DNA of 63,677 nt, the filler included, from Dugesia japonica (lineage: Eukaryota), in the NCBI GenBank assembly GCA_001938525.1. It is 6 parts of 6 records of this genome, joined end to end, with 100 filler letters (N's around TTAATTAATTAA, not from the genome) between each part and the next. Parts side by side here need not be neighbours in the genome. Positions count along the whole stretch, not along the records: positions 43,481 to 54,638 come from MQRL01302351.1; positions 54,739 to 63,677 come from MQRL01607484.1; 4 more parts are not named here. One strand, given 5' to 3'. Positions 51,201 through 63,677 of this stretch are shown piece after piece (positions within the stretch are counted from its first letter, which is position 1; each line of letters starts with the position of its first letter). A program made the position numbers and the translations under genes. Below the pieces are notes generated by a model. The model had not been told where the DNA came from and did no database searches. It worked only from the letters and a program-made list of their open reading frames with translations.

Positions 51201-54200
51201 CATTTGAGGCAATCGTCTATAGATGGCTTCAGTTTATTTGTTCTTGTACTTACCGCAAGATATAAAGGATATGTTGATTTTTTCGTGTAGATGTATCTTG
51301 GGGTGAATAATTTAGAATATTGCACAATGCATTGAGTGTGATATTCTTACAATAATATACACATTTTCGGTTAAATTGTAGAAGAAGAGTTAGGGAGATT
51401 TAATATTCGTTTAAGTTCTATTAGAAGCTTATTGGTACTTTTTGATTCCGTTCTTTTGGAATGCGAAAAGTGGTCTTGTATATATGATTACTTTGTGTAC
51501 TTTAAATTTCAGCCATCCTAGTAAGCTGAGTCAACTACTTTTGTTAAATATTCAATGTTTTGTTGTGTTATCTCATACGGACTTTGATCATTTGTGTTAC
51601 GGACAGAGCGCCGAGATATTGATAAAATTCCTTATTACTTAGTTTCCGAATTTTTTGATTATTTTTTGAGATTTGGCTGTAGCACACATATATAAAGACA
51701 TAATGCTTGATTTTATATTATTGTCAGAAACTTAAAACCCCAAATATTATTGTTGAAGTCAATAGAGTAAAGAAATATATTCCAGATACAATCATCTATG
51801 TTGAAAAAAGACTATATTCAATTAATGTAAGATGCCCAATAGACTCCAAAAAAATAATTTGAAGAAACTCACAAAAACAACTTATTAACTTATATTGCCT
51901 GTTTTCTTCTTTTTCGGGTAATTAAAAAAAATAGGTGGTAAAAGAGTAAAAAATTAAAATATGATGGTTTTACAAAATGTAATAATTCGAATAAGAGATT
52001 ATACACTGTCCATTTTTTATTAAACTTCTATTTAAGTTTTTTATTTTTTGTATTTAGAATTAATCCGTTCTTTTTTATTAAAAAATTGTATATTGTCTAA
52101 TTAACTTTGTAGAAATGATATTAAACAATAAATTTCAGCTGTCTAAAATATTCAGTGTAGATTTCAATCGATATTATTAAGCGATTTTAAGATTGGCACG
52201 AGCACTATCTGCGTCTATTAGAATTAAAAAAACACAATGTTCTGTGGAATCATATGTCCAATCAGATTTCAAAATTTTTATGATTTGTTTACTTATGCGT
52301 GAAAACCGGAATATTACTGTTAGATGAGTTTGGAATACTCATTGGATCATTAATATCAGAACTCGAATTCATTACAAAATTTATTCAAACAAAAACTATA
52401 CTTAACACTATTTGTTTATTCAAAAAATTAAAAAATCCGACTTTCATTAGTGATAATTTTTTTAAAATTTAAGACAAAACTTTCGTTCACGTTAAAAATT
52501 TTATTTATTAAAAATTTTAGCGTTATTATTCCATCGTTATTTTTGAAATTCAAAATTGAAACTTTTATTTATTTAATTAGCCAAATTTCCATTTACTCAA
52601 AAAATTTAATGTATTAAAAAATGTATTAAAAAAAAACCAAATATTTTTTATTTCAATTTTTCATCAATAATTTAAATCTTTCTTTTATACAAGATTTTAA
52701 AAATATGATCACCAATCACACAACAATCTCAACTTGCTTTTCAAAACACTCTCACAAAGTACAACGAATTAGTAAGCATTCTGCTAAACTTGAGGATTTT
52801 GTGCGGAAACACATCCAGTTTTGTGACATTCATTTAACCTATAAATTCTCGTAAATAAAACTTCTGGTTTTTAATCTAGTCGTTTTTCTGCGAATATCAG
52901 TGTAACCAGCTTTTCTTTGTATGTATTACATTATTTGGAGTTTTAAATGAACAAAAATAAAGATTTTTACAAAACTATACCATTTTATTTTTAAAATGAG
53001 AATAGTAAAATTCAATATAAGAATAATAAATTTCAATAAGATAATTTTTCTATTATTCTAACCATTAAAATTTATTATAACATAAAATTTATATAATTAA
53101 TCAAAAAGAATAAAATTTATCAAATAGAATTTTTCTTTTAATTTAAAACAATTAATTTAATACTAAATATTTTACATTATTTACTAATTATTTTTACATT
53201 TTTGGTCGTATACGTCACATCGGCTGAAAATGGGTTAATATTGCATATTTTCTAAGTTAAGAGCTGTAGTGAATTTTCTTTGAATACTTGCTATGGAATT
53301 GACACATATGGTTGGTGTAATTGTCTGCAGACCTTCTTTCATAAGGCTCTTACTCTCTTTTCTCTGATGGTTAATTCTCTTCTGTTATTAAGAATACATG
53401 ACAACTTTTTTTTAGAGTTTTCTTTTAATGTAACTCTTTACAACAGACCAAACATTTTCAATGGGGTTAAACATTATACTATAGGGTACAAGCCTGAGTA
53501 TCCTGTTTCCACGAAAATTATTTTGTGGGCCACTTTAAAAATGTATTATAATCCCGCAGGACCAAGACAGTATATACATACAGACATATATATACAGTGC
53601 AGTCCCGTTAATCCGCGCCTCGTTAACCCAAGGTTCTGCGTTGGCTCCCGAATTTACGCATACATGGAATTTAATGAACAAAAGGGCATTCAGACCAGGA
53701 ATGCAAAAAATTTCAAAACAGTTATAGAAAACAACTTAATATTACAGACTGGGTGATTAAAAAGTGATTGTTTGTTATATTTGTACATATATGTATTAAT
53801 AATAAATGTATTTTTTTGTTTTGTACATTTTCTTTCTAATTTGTTAAATGACAATTATAACTCGCGCTTCACTTAACCCGAGGGGGCAAATCATGGAACC
53901 CAGTGACCGCGGGTTAACGGGACTGCACTGTATATATAATGTGAAGATAAAGATTTAGAACACAAAAAGTAATTGCTATCTTTTATTATTCTTATTATTC
54001 TTTTTTATATGTGACATGTATAAACTCAATATTACAATGCTCATTATACTTACTTAATATTGTATTATAAATAATAATTATAAAATATAATATATTTAAT
54101 AATAAATAAATATATTTATTTAGGAAATTACTTTACTTGGACTGGCTGTAAAAATAAATAAAGATGAAATGAACTCTATAAATATTCTTGGTTTGATATT

Positions 54201-54244
54201 TTGTTTACTTGGAATTACACTCCATGTTATTATTAAATTCCGAA
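48242..54244 (+). CDS. SLC35C2: SLC35C2-like nucleotide-sugar transporter, 3' exons (partial)
   Basis: Exons 48242-48417 and 54124-54244 in frame: GLEVTTSAKIFGFRD..GAILAFAMEFAEYMMVSRTSSLTLCISGIIK/EITLLGLA..LGLIFCLLGITLHV; possible last exon 54360-54433. Confidence 0.85.
48476..49570 (+). mobile_element. Decayed mariner in SLC35C2 intron
   Basis: HCILYEF, LFKSGD, LVSHEL, ATGDKKLIHYNNPKRK, PDIASSD. Confidence 0.85.
49690..52380 (-). mobile_element. Cluster of related retroelement fragments, probably Penelope-like
   Basis: Two diverged copies (49690-50440, 50850-51690), an inverted piece 51690-51890, repeated ORF start at 50432 and ~52370; no catalytic motif seen. Confidence 0.45.
53240..53570 (-). 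mobile_element. IS630-Tc1 transposase C-terminal remnant
   Basis: PYSIMFNPIENVWSVVKSYIKRK. Confidence 0.75.
53595..53930. mobile_element. Tigger/pogo MITE
   Basis: 23-bp TIR CAGTGCAGTCCCGTTAAYCCGCG (22/23 match) with TA TSD. Confidence 0.95.
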
Positions 54245-55914
54245 GTGAGTTTATTTTTATACAGTGTTATAATTTATATATAATTTGTAAAATTCCATTA
54301 TTACACACTTTCTATCTGTATTTAAACATGTATTTTCGAACATAAGTCCGATATAATAGTTAAATACTTTGAGGCAGTTATAAATTCAAAAGCAGAATTA
54401 TTAAATAAAGTTCCAGAAAGCAAACTAAATTAATAAATTTAATTGAAATTAAAATTGATAATGAATAAAATAGGTAAATAGAAAATAACTGATGCGCTAA
54501 CCCACTGTTTCCTAATGTAGGTATTGTCACCCCCTGTGACGCTGGAATGATTTAGAAGGCGGTAATAGTTTTCGTATGCAGGGTTTTAATAAATAAAAAG
54601 TACTTTTATCTTAATATTTCCATAAGTGAGGATATTATNNNNNNNNNNNNNNNNNNNNNNNNNNNNNNNNNNNNNNNNNNNNTTAATTAATTAANNNNNN
54701 NNNNNNNNNNNNNNNNNNNNNNNNNNNNNNNNNNNNNNTTATTTTTATTTATTTCTCTTATTTTTCTGATTATACTTCGTCACTAAATTTCCTTGAACAT
54801 TTGCTTCTTTATTATTTCTTTAGTTTACTAATTAATTTATCGTTTCTTTAAGTTTGTGGCTGTTTCAGCTCAACAGATGGGTTGATGATAAAATTTGAGA
54901 TACTTTTAATTTTTTAGAAAAATCTATTTAAAATATTGAAAAAAAAATGACACCAATCAAATTCTCTAAAAGTTTTAGAAATCTGAGCATATAAATTATT
55001 TTGAAATTATTTTAAAAATTTAGGCTTCCCATGAAAATTTGAAATTTTTTAGAAAAATAAAATATTTAAACAAAATGTAATTTTTCTACCTGGTTTCCGT
55101 GAAAATTAATTAACAATTATTAAATTTAGTAAATTTAAAGAAAATCATTGATTTCACTTTATTTAAACAAATATTAAACTCTATGTTGATTATGTAATAA
55201 ATGATGTAATTATTTTTATCACCCCCACCATGACAAAATTCCTGGACCCGTCGTTGATTAGTTTTGCGTGTTTTCTAGAGATTAAGTCAAGGAGAAAAAC
55301 GTAATATTGACGAGTGGTAATTTGTTTGTTTAGCATCAAAAACGTATTTTTACTGATCAGGAGCAAATACAAAGCATAACTATTCTTATAAAAAAAATTA
55401 AAATTTTATCAATATATCAAAACAAAAATGGAATATATTGAAATTTTTCTAAGCCTGTCATCATTGTACGCGTGTCATAGGTTGTCCATCACCTGTTTAG
55501 TGTATCCTGTCGGTTCTGATATTTCCTTGAAACTATTATAAATCGGTGCTCTTCCGCGATTATACCCTTCTTTTATTTTGTANNNNNNNNNNNCGTCTGT
55601 AGCGGTTTAAATATCTTTTTCATTTTCACTTTCAAAACTAATTATAAATCTTTTTTTCTTTCGTCTTTTTACATATTCAAAATATTCTCTTCATCTGTAT
55701 CACTATCAAATATATCATCATCATTTTTCGCTGTATTATTATCAATATTAGAACTTTCCTGGTCATCTTCAAAACAATCCTATTCGATATTATTTATTTT
55801 GTCTAATAAATTGATATTCATCGAATATTTTGACTTTTTTGGGGGTGAATATACAAATGATAAAGTAAAAACTGAAATATATAAATGTAAATCTAACGGG
55901 CAAAACAATTAAAA

Positions 55915-56340
55915 CATAAATACTGCTCCCACAGTTTGATAGAACTCGCTGGGTGGCCGAAGCTTAGAATGAAAGCAAAAGTGCCACGGAGCTATCGTGG
56001 CTTTTGATATGTAACTGCTCCCTCTAAACAGCAAACCCACTCGTGATCAGATTCCAGAAGATTTTGTGTAAGGCTAGCAACCTTGAATGTAGAATAAACT
56101 GTGCCTTCGTGTGTGAATAAATCGGTAAAGCTAATCTGGCCACGAAAATGTTAAAACAAAGTGTGGAGTTAAAAGAAGTCCTTATCTCGTGGGCTCACAG
56201 AATAGATCCGCGCGATCAACTTACTTGCACCTCTCTGGTGACGCTGTCACTTGGTGCAAACGTAAACATACTGTAGAGGCAACTCAATGTATAGTAATTG
56301 GTGGGTATTGGTATCGGACTCGTTGAGTTTGAAGAAGGAC
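55915..56340 (-). mobile_element. Helitron Rep-helicase inter-domain fragment
   Basis: FFKLNESD..LLYIELP..IARIYSVSPRDKDFF..RGQISFTDL..LLESDHEW..LRGTFAFIL..KLWEQY. Confidence 0.85.
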
Positions 56341-56909
56341 TCGAGCTTAGTGGAAGTTAAATATTTTTAAATACTTTTTTTGATGATTTTCTGAATTATT
56401 TTCATTAAATCGTTCAAATTTTTTAAAATGTCTAATCTTTAATAAATTTTCAATAAAATACATATAAATCTGGTATCATTAGTTTTCATGTTTCAAAATT
56501 AAAATTTTGAGTATTATTTTCAAAATTTATACATGTTTTATTCTCATTTTTAAAATTATCTTCTTTTTGAGTGATGATGAATTCGGTTCATTAGATGTAA
56601 CAAATCTTTATGGATCAATTCCAATTGAATGACCTGAAAATGTCATTGATATTGTAAGNNNNNNNNNNNNNNNNNNNNNNNNNNNNNNNNNNNNNNNNNN
56701 NNNNNNNNNNNNNNNNNNNNNNNNNNNNNNNNNNNNNNNNNNNNNNNNNNNNNNNNNNNNNNNNNNNNNNNNNNNNNNNNNNNNNNNNNNNNNNNNNNNN
56801 NNNNNNNNNNNNNNNNNNNNNNNNNNNNNNNNNNNNNNATTTTCATGAACTTCATTGAAAATCAAATAATTCTTAAATCAAACAAGAAAATTCATCTATG
56901 GTTTAGATA

Positions 56910-58338
56910 CAGTGGCGTTACAGTGGTTAAAACCCCACTCCCCTTGGCGTATGAAACGAATTTTCATTTTTTGATGCGACTTAGAGATTCCAAACTGAAT
57001 ATTCGAATATATTCGTGTGTTAATTGTCTATTTGATATTCGAATATTTGGAAAAAATAAAATTAGTGAAGCCACATGTGGTACCTCTAACGTAAACGTTG
57101 GGTGTAGAAGTTCAACCACTCATATGATCAATAATTTGAAGTTACGACACAACATATTTAAATTTAAATCTGTATCGAATCAAAATTACGAATAAAATAA
57201 TGTTCCGCAGAAAAGGTCAAAAATTGAAACAAGTACTATTTTGAACTTTGTAAAAAAACAATCTTTAAATGAAATATTATCAAAGGTCGCAGCAGTTGAT
57301 GGTATGTGCAACAAAGTGGTTATAAAATGCCAAAAAGTCCAACAACTATTTCAAAATGCATCATCAGGTTTTATAAAGAAAANNNNNNNNNNNNNNNNNN
57401 NNNNNNNNNNNNNNNNNNAAAAGCAAATCGTAAATTTGCTATTACTGTGGATAAATGGACAGCTTGAACCATATTGCGTTATGTAAACGTAACAGTTCCT
57501 GTAGTTTGAATGGAATCAAATAAATTTGAATGCTATGTACTGGGTTTAACAGAAATAGTTAAACAGGAAATGAAGAAACTGTTAAACATTCATTTGAAGC
57601 TAAGCTAGCAAACTTTGGAATTTCTTTAAAAAGTAATGTTTTTGCATCAACTAACGACGCAGCGGCTGTAATGAAAAAAAAACGGAAAAATATTAGATAT
57701 TTTAAATCAGCTTTGCCATAATCATGTACTCGATTTGGCCGTAATGGACTGTTTTTATATACCAATAATTTCTACTCCTGATGAAGCTTTGAACTTGGGC
57801 GATATCGAAAGTTTTGTTTATGATAAAATTGAAGATGATGTAGAAGAAGATTTCAGAAAAGATCTGTATTCGGATAACAATTTTGAGTAAGTTGAAGAAA
57901 ATAAAGATGTTATGGCATTGAGTATTGATTTTGGTCAAATTATTAACAGTTTAAGAGATTTTATAAGAATATTTATAAAATCATCTTTAAAGCAATCTAT
58001 TTTGCAATAAAATATAGTTCAAAAATGGGGGAAAATGAAGTTACAATTGGACATCAAAACAAGATGGAATTCTTTGATTGTAATAGTTCGACGATTTATT
58101 TTACCAATTACCAACGATTATTTTCTAAATATTCTTCAAAAAATGCAGCAATTTCATTACACCTGTCTATAATCTCAGTACACTATAATTATTAATTTTT
58201 TTCTGATGTCCCATACGTTGTCTCCGTATTTTAAAGAATCAGCTAATGACGTCTTTGTTGTTTTATGTTAGTAAACAAAAACAAAAATTTTGAAAAAAAA
58301 TTTAAATCCCCCTTCATATATTCCTGGCTATGCTACTG
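56910..58338 (+). mobile_element. hAT transposon inserted in the Penelope RT
   Basis: Ends CAGTGGCGT and ATGCTACTG; perfect TSD TTTAGATA; LDIKTRWNSL and TNDAAAVM motifs. Confidence 0.93.
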
Positions 58339-58793
58339 TTTAGATACATAGATGATATTTTCTTTGTAACCAATTCTCCTTTAGAGAACATTTTAGAATT
58401 AGCCAACAGTACAAATGATAACATTAAATTCCTTTTAGAGAAATCAATTGACTTTCAGATTCCTTTTCTGAACACTTTAATCCAAAAGAAACCTGGTGAT
58501 ATAGTAACTACCCAAAGAAAGTGAAGTCTTCAAGCACTTTCAACACAAACATAAAATATCACCAGAACAACATCACATTACATCGAAAACACTAGGATCA
58601 GGCTACATTTCTACACTACATAGAAAAAACATGAAGAATTACTAATCAAAGAAGACAATCCTAAAATAAATGTAATTTATAATAATTAAATAATTAAATT
58701 TAAATAAAAATTAACCAATTAAAATTTAGTAAAAATAAATTTATCCAAAGAAAATTACTATCATAAGAATAAATATTGAATAAATTAAAAAGT

Positions 58794-58830
58794 CAATTCC
58801 TGAAGAAGANNAAGTCGAAATATCGAATTG
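58794..58830 (+). ncRNA. Minimal type I hammerhead ribozyme (Penelope-associated)
   Basis: CAATTC-CTGAAGA-A-GAnn-AA-GTC-GAA-ATAT-C-GAATTG: 6-bp stem I, CUGANGA and GAAA cores, palindromic ATAT replacing stem III, UC cleavage site. Confidence 0.75.
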
Positions 58831-58884
58831 TTATCAAATATCAATAAAAAAACAAAAATTTTGATCGAAGCTTTTATTTTAAAT

Positions 58885-59418
58885 GAAATCTGCTTTCATA
58901 AATATTTCTTGTTCTTTTTTAAAAAAACTTTCATTGAAAGATTTAAAATTTTCATAAATACTAAGTTAGGTCACATTTAATGTGCCAGTCAGTTCAGATT
59001 CTGTTTGGCACGGGTCTTCATTCTGCAACATTGCCAATTTTTAAATTCAAATTTTTTGGTAGTTTTCCATACTCTTCGTCCTTGGTATTGTAATCACCAT
59101 CTATAAATTGGCAAAACTAATNTTTGCATGTCGTGGCTGAAAGAGCAAATTCGCCCTAAATTTCTATAAGCAAGCGGCAAGTTTTCTCTGCCTTCCTCTT
59201 GGTAATATAATAATGAAACATGGCATCCAGCAAATGTTACATTTTCGGAATATATATAGGCATTTTGAATTGATATATTATCTAATCAGTAAAGACGTAA
59301 ACAAATATCACGTGTTAATATTTAGTAAATGATATTTGATTTTACAAATACTTCTAAGATGCAAGCACAATTTGAAACTGTATCTTTACAAAAGCCGGAG
59401 TCATATTTGTACACCTAA
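58885..59418 (-). mobile_element. mariner 5' half, related to the 31097 element
   Basis: TIR ..TTGTACACCTAA-TA; GEFALSATTCK..GDYNTKDEEYGK..NEDPCQTESEL. Confidence 0.8.
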
Positions 59419-59429
59419 TATAAACTATT

Positions 59430-60900
59430 ACACAAAAGTATTTTCATTAAAATCTTTTAACCACAACCTAAAAATTCAATAATAGCTGATCTCAAATTAT
59501 TAGGTAATGAGCTTCAAAATCTCCTATTCACGAGCAATATTGGAATATATTTGGTTTTTTCTAAACCTTTTGGTATTTTCCAAATTGTTTTTGTCTTTCC
59601 GTATTATGAAGCTTTTGCCTAAAAGATAATTTTTTTAATGTGTTATAAAATAATATACTTCCAGTTTTCTTTCCTAGGTACAAATATCATCTTCTCTGAT
59701 TATGTAAATTTCTTTGATCCATAGGAGATAACTTTCTCTTAAGACTTTTGTATTTGACTTAGAACTGCTATCATAGCATAATGGCTATTATCGGTATAAC
59801 CTCGTAGAGGTTTTGAACATTTTTTTGCCACGTACTCTTCTTCTTTGCAATTATAGCATCAATTTCATTTTTTTAATCATTTGGTTTTTCCTCGTGGTTA
59901 AAATGTTTTTTGTCTTATTTTNTATTCTAAATCAGAAATTATTTTCTTTAAAATTTTATTTCATTTGATCTTTGGGTGTCCATCTCTTTGGTGATCTTTT
60001 TCAAAATAATTTTCTGGATTTTTTCTTTTTTAATAAGATTAAAAGCTCATTAATTCAGTCTAGTTGGTTGCATTTCGATTGTTTATTCATTTTAAAAATA
60101 TATTAATGAGGACCCGTTCTTTTAAATATTATCATGATCTAGCATTTGTTTCATGCCTGTTACTTGTAAAGTCGTTAGATATTCTCGAATAAACATGTTA
60201 TCTTGTTTGAAATTGAGTGCATTAATTATTAGAGTTATTGGGATTCTAGCCTTTTGATGTTCAATCTTTTATTAATCTCTATTCAACTCTCTCTCTTGCT
60301 TTTATAATTTTCTAATTTAATTTCATTTTGATTTGAAGGGCAACCTGGAATCCACAAGCATTTGTGACATCTCTATATCTTCCTCCTTCATTTTCCGGTC
60401 CAACGCGACTATGCGGTATCACGTCTTGATTACAAAGGATGTTAACTGACAACAATTGTATTCTCTCAGTATTAGTATTTCATCTCTCCCTGTAATCAAT
60501 ACATAGAATTATCGCTAGTCACACATAATCATTGGATTTAATTTTTCCGTATGCTTTAGATAATTTATCCATCAAAGATTTAATTTCGTTGACATCGATC
60601 TTAATTTATCGAAAATAATTATAGAATTTTAAACAGAAATTAAAATTAAGTCATTTATGATTCTTCATGTTCTAACATATTCTTCGTTCTCAGCTCCTGA
60701 AGTATGAACCAGGGAAGATGTCCGCTGCTACCGGCAATATTTCCTCATCCGTACTCTTACGGAGCTCTGTCATGAATTCCCAAACTTTGTAACACTAAAA
60801 TGTTTCATAGTTCTTATTCACTCTACGCACTCTTTTATAATCAGCATTATATTGTATTAATCTCATTACTCATTAATCTTTATAACAAAATATGAGTTCA
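59430..60900 (-). mobile_element. Gypsy gag remnant with PBS-like site
   Basis: Degenerate zinc knuckle CYNCKEEEYVAKKC at ~59815-59860; GGTAGCAGCGGA (minus strand, 60721-60732) resembles an initiator-tRNA-Met primer binding site. Confidence 0.6.
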
Positions 60901-61679
60901 TCGCATTGATTTGAACCACCTTTCGAACAATGTAAAAAAATTGTTCAAAAAATTGAAAGTCAATTTACGATCAACTGCTTATTGATTTAGGAAATTTTGA
61001 TTAGTAAATAAACCCATCATATTAAGCCAAGACAGAAATTAATATTAAAATAAATTCTTTACAGTAAAAATTCAAACCAAAAACATCATTGAAATTATGA
61101 AAACTAAAGGAAGGCATTAAAACCAANNNNNNNNNNNNNNNNNNNNNNNNNNNNNNNNNNNNNNNNNNNNNNNNNNNNNNNNNNNNNNNNNNNNNNNNNN
61201 NNNNNNNNNNNNNNNNNNNNNNNNCACTATCCAACTACTTTCTCGCTTTATCATTGGCAATCTTTTTGTCTTTCGGAGTTCAATTAATACATCTCAATTT
61301 GGTCTGTCATTTCTTATAATCTAAATTTTACACAGAAATCTCTCTTGTATTGTGTATGATTTGGCTTCTCAAGTTATTTTTATCCATTTTTCAGTTAATT
61401 GAACTCTAATTTATTTCATTTTTTATCTCTCTAGATATGATTTGACTTCTCAAATTTAATTTTATTAATTTTTGGAGCACTATCTTCCATTAACGATGTC
61501 ACTTAAATTACGAAATTAATATTTATTTGGTTGTGGAATAAGTTTTACTTTACTTTCAATTACTAAATTCGAATACAAATTTTATTGAAATAATTATTAA
61601 TTCCAAATCGATTAAATAATATCCGGGTATGTTTGTCGATAATTTAATTGTATAACAAATTTTTTTTATAATATTCGTA

Positions 61680-62512
61680 ATTTCAGAATGAATGAAGCAA
61701 ATCAAACTGAAGATATAAATCAGCATTTTAGGCATGTCTTGATTTTTTTATTCAAATATAAGGTAAATTCGACAGAGGCGTGACGTGAAATATGCAGTGT
61801 ATATGACGACTCAACCATAAACACTGTTACTCGCTAGATATGGTTTGCACGTTTCCATTCTGGGGATTTCAGTCTCCAAGATATTGCCAGAAAAATTCGC
61901 CCTGTTACCCCTGATGACGACGAAATCTTAGCCGCAATCAAAGCAGACCGACATATCTCAACACGAGATATAGCGCAGAGCTTAGATATTGAAAATTCCA
62001 TAGTGGCGAAGCACTTAAAAAATCTTTGGGTGGCAAAAAAGATATTTTAGTTAAAAAGGATATTTTGATCCCACATGAATTGTCCGAAAATAACATTTCC
62101 GATCGAATTGCGGTTTATGAGTCTCTCTTAAAATTGAACTCATTGTACCCATTTCTGAAGCAGATGATAACCGGGGACGAAAAATGTGTTGTCTACAACA
62201 ACATTAAACTTCGCCGTCATAGTGTGGTCCACGTGAGTAATCGCAAACAACAGTAAAACAGATTTGCATTCTAAGAAGACAATTTTATGCATTTGGTGGG
62301 ATGGAAATGGGATTATTTATTACGAGCTGCTTCCAAATGGTCAGCCTATCAATGCGGAGAGATACTGTGATCAACTAGAAAAATTGAAGGCGGCGATGCT
62401 GAAGAAACGTTCAGAATTGGCGAACAGAAAGAATATGATATTTTATCCGGACAGCGCTAAACCACATACTGCTTTTGCAACCAAACGCAAACTAAAGAAT
62501 CTCGGTTTGTAA
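61680..62512 (+). mobile_element. Decayed mariner
   Basis: WFARFHSGDFSLQD, LIPHELS, MITGDEKCVVYNN, ILCIWWDGNGIIYYELL, DSAKPH. Confidence 0.92.
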
Positions 62513-63677
62513 GTACACACACAAAAAATACGAGCAAAAGTTACATAATCAAATCGTTATCGTGAAATTCATGTAAAATTCTTACACTGTTATTACTTAA
62601 TCGCATGCACACCTGTTATCTATTCTTGGATTCCTGGATCCGTCGCTGTAACTAATGACACAGGTTAATTTTTATTTTATTGAAAATTTATTAAAGATTA
62701 ACATTTTTTAAAATTTTGAAAGATTTATTGAAATTAGTTCAGAAAATGACCAAGAAAGTATAAAAAAGTTGTAAACTTCAATGATATTAATTTTAAAACT
62801 TTCAATGAAATTAATATATTAAAAACCCAGTTCGTTTTTACGTGTGTGATTCTTAAAATTTTAAACTAAAGGTAATAGACAAAAAGAACCAGAGTGAAGA
62901 TGATCAGACAACTTCCTGAAGCAATTGATGTGCCAAATAATTGAAATCAAAGCGAACATGAAGTTCATTGGTTAACAGGGAGAAAGACAGTAGGTGGAAG
63001 GCATTGATGTCGGGCAAAAATAAGATCTCTTGAGCAAGTTGTGAGCAAACAAACGAATGTATAAATAAAATTTAATTTAAAAAAAATTCTTCAAATGTTT
63101 TTTTTCTTTGATCACCGGGCGTCTTGAGGCTCATAAACCACCTAGTTTACAATAAAAAATAATAAAATCGCTGAAGATTATGTTACAACTCAATATTAAT
63201 TGTTGTGGAATGTTGTTTCATTGTGTTAGACGTTATTAATTTTATTATTATATTAACTTATTATGTTGATAGCATTTCCATATATTTTATTTTGTTTGTT
63301 TAGAGTTAAAATATTTGAAGTCAATTGTTATAAATAAATCAAGCGGCTAAATATTTTTATTGTATTTTATTGTAGTTGAATGAAAGTTACTAAAAATAAC
63401 ACTAATCGAATAATTGGTTTATTAAATTATTTTTTCAAGGCAATTTAAATGTTTACCTAGTACTGATGATAAGAAATAAAAATTTTATTGTAGACAAATT
63501 ACAACGATAATGAAGATTTCTATTTGGATAGCCGTTACTTAGAAATGTAGTTTTTGATAACTTGAAAGAAATCAATTTCTTTTTTTCAATTGTATATAGT
63601 CTTTCAGCCCTTATTCTTCCACTTTTAATTAGCCCAATTCTCTGCTTGATGGTAGTTTTACTATTCCAAGATAATAT

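Larger units (their letters stand above)
56570..58880 (+). mobile_element. Penelope-like element RT remnant plus putative pseudo-LTR
   Basis: SLDVTNLYGSIPI (motif A), WFRY/IDDIF (motif C, split by a hAT), NIKFLLEK..IPFLNTLI; hammerhead downstream. Confidence 0.85.

Noticed and set aside
55500-55850. Acidic minus-strand frame resembling a piggyBac N-terminus
   Set aside because: Composition only, no catalytic motif or TIR pair
63113-63146. GC-rich stretch followed by CTAG-T, possible Helitron end
   Set aside because: Weak hairpin and no supporting internal sequence

Overview
Very AT-rich eukaryotic (metazoan) DNA, not prokaryotic. Five identical 100-nt spacers (N44-TTAATTAATTAA-N44 at 12061, 21032, 34300, 43381, 54639) show the window is six contigs joined artificially, so adjacency across spacers means nothing. 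Recognisable host genes, several with 42-55 nt introns: a divergent eh1-containing ANTP/NKL homeobox gene (18127-18720, -), internal exons of vinculin (24099-33787, +), PUF60/half-pint (39739-42043, +), MPP6 (42378-42957, +) and 3' exons of an SLC35C2-like transporter (48242-54244, +). Most of the rest is decayed, often nested transposons: Ty3/gypsy, Penelope-like, mariner/Tc1, pogo/Tigger, hAT (several with 8-bp TSDs), a piggyBac MITE and Helitron pieces. Best leads: (1) a possible Helitron-bounded ~3.25 kb unit carrying a tandem array, a small spliced ORF and a Polinton/adintovirus-type PolB fragment; (2) a minimal hammerhead ribozyme downstream of a Penelope RT; (3) Csk and PDZ gene fragments inside a vinculin intron; (4) an ARS2-binding-like DLEEGEI tail on MPP6. 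All identifications come from reading motifs by eye and from recalled family consensus sequences; no searches were run.
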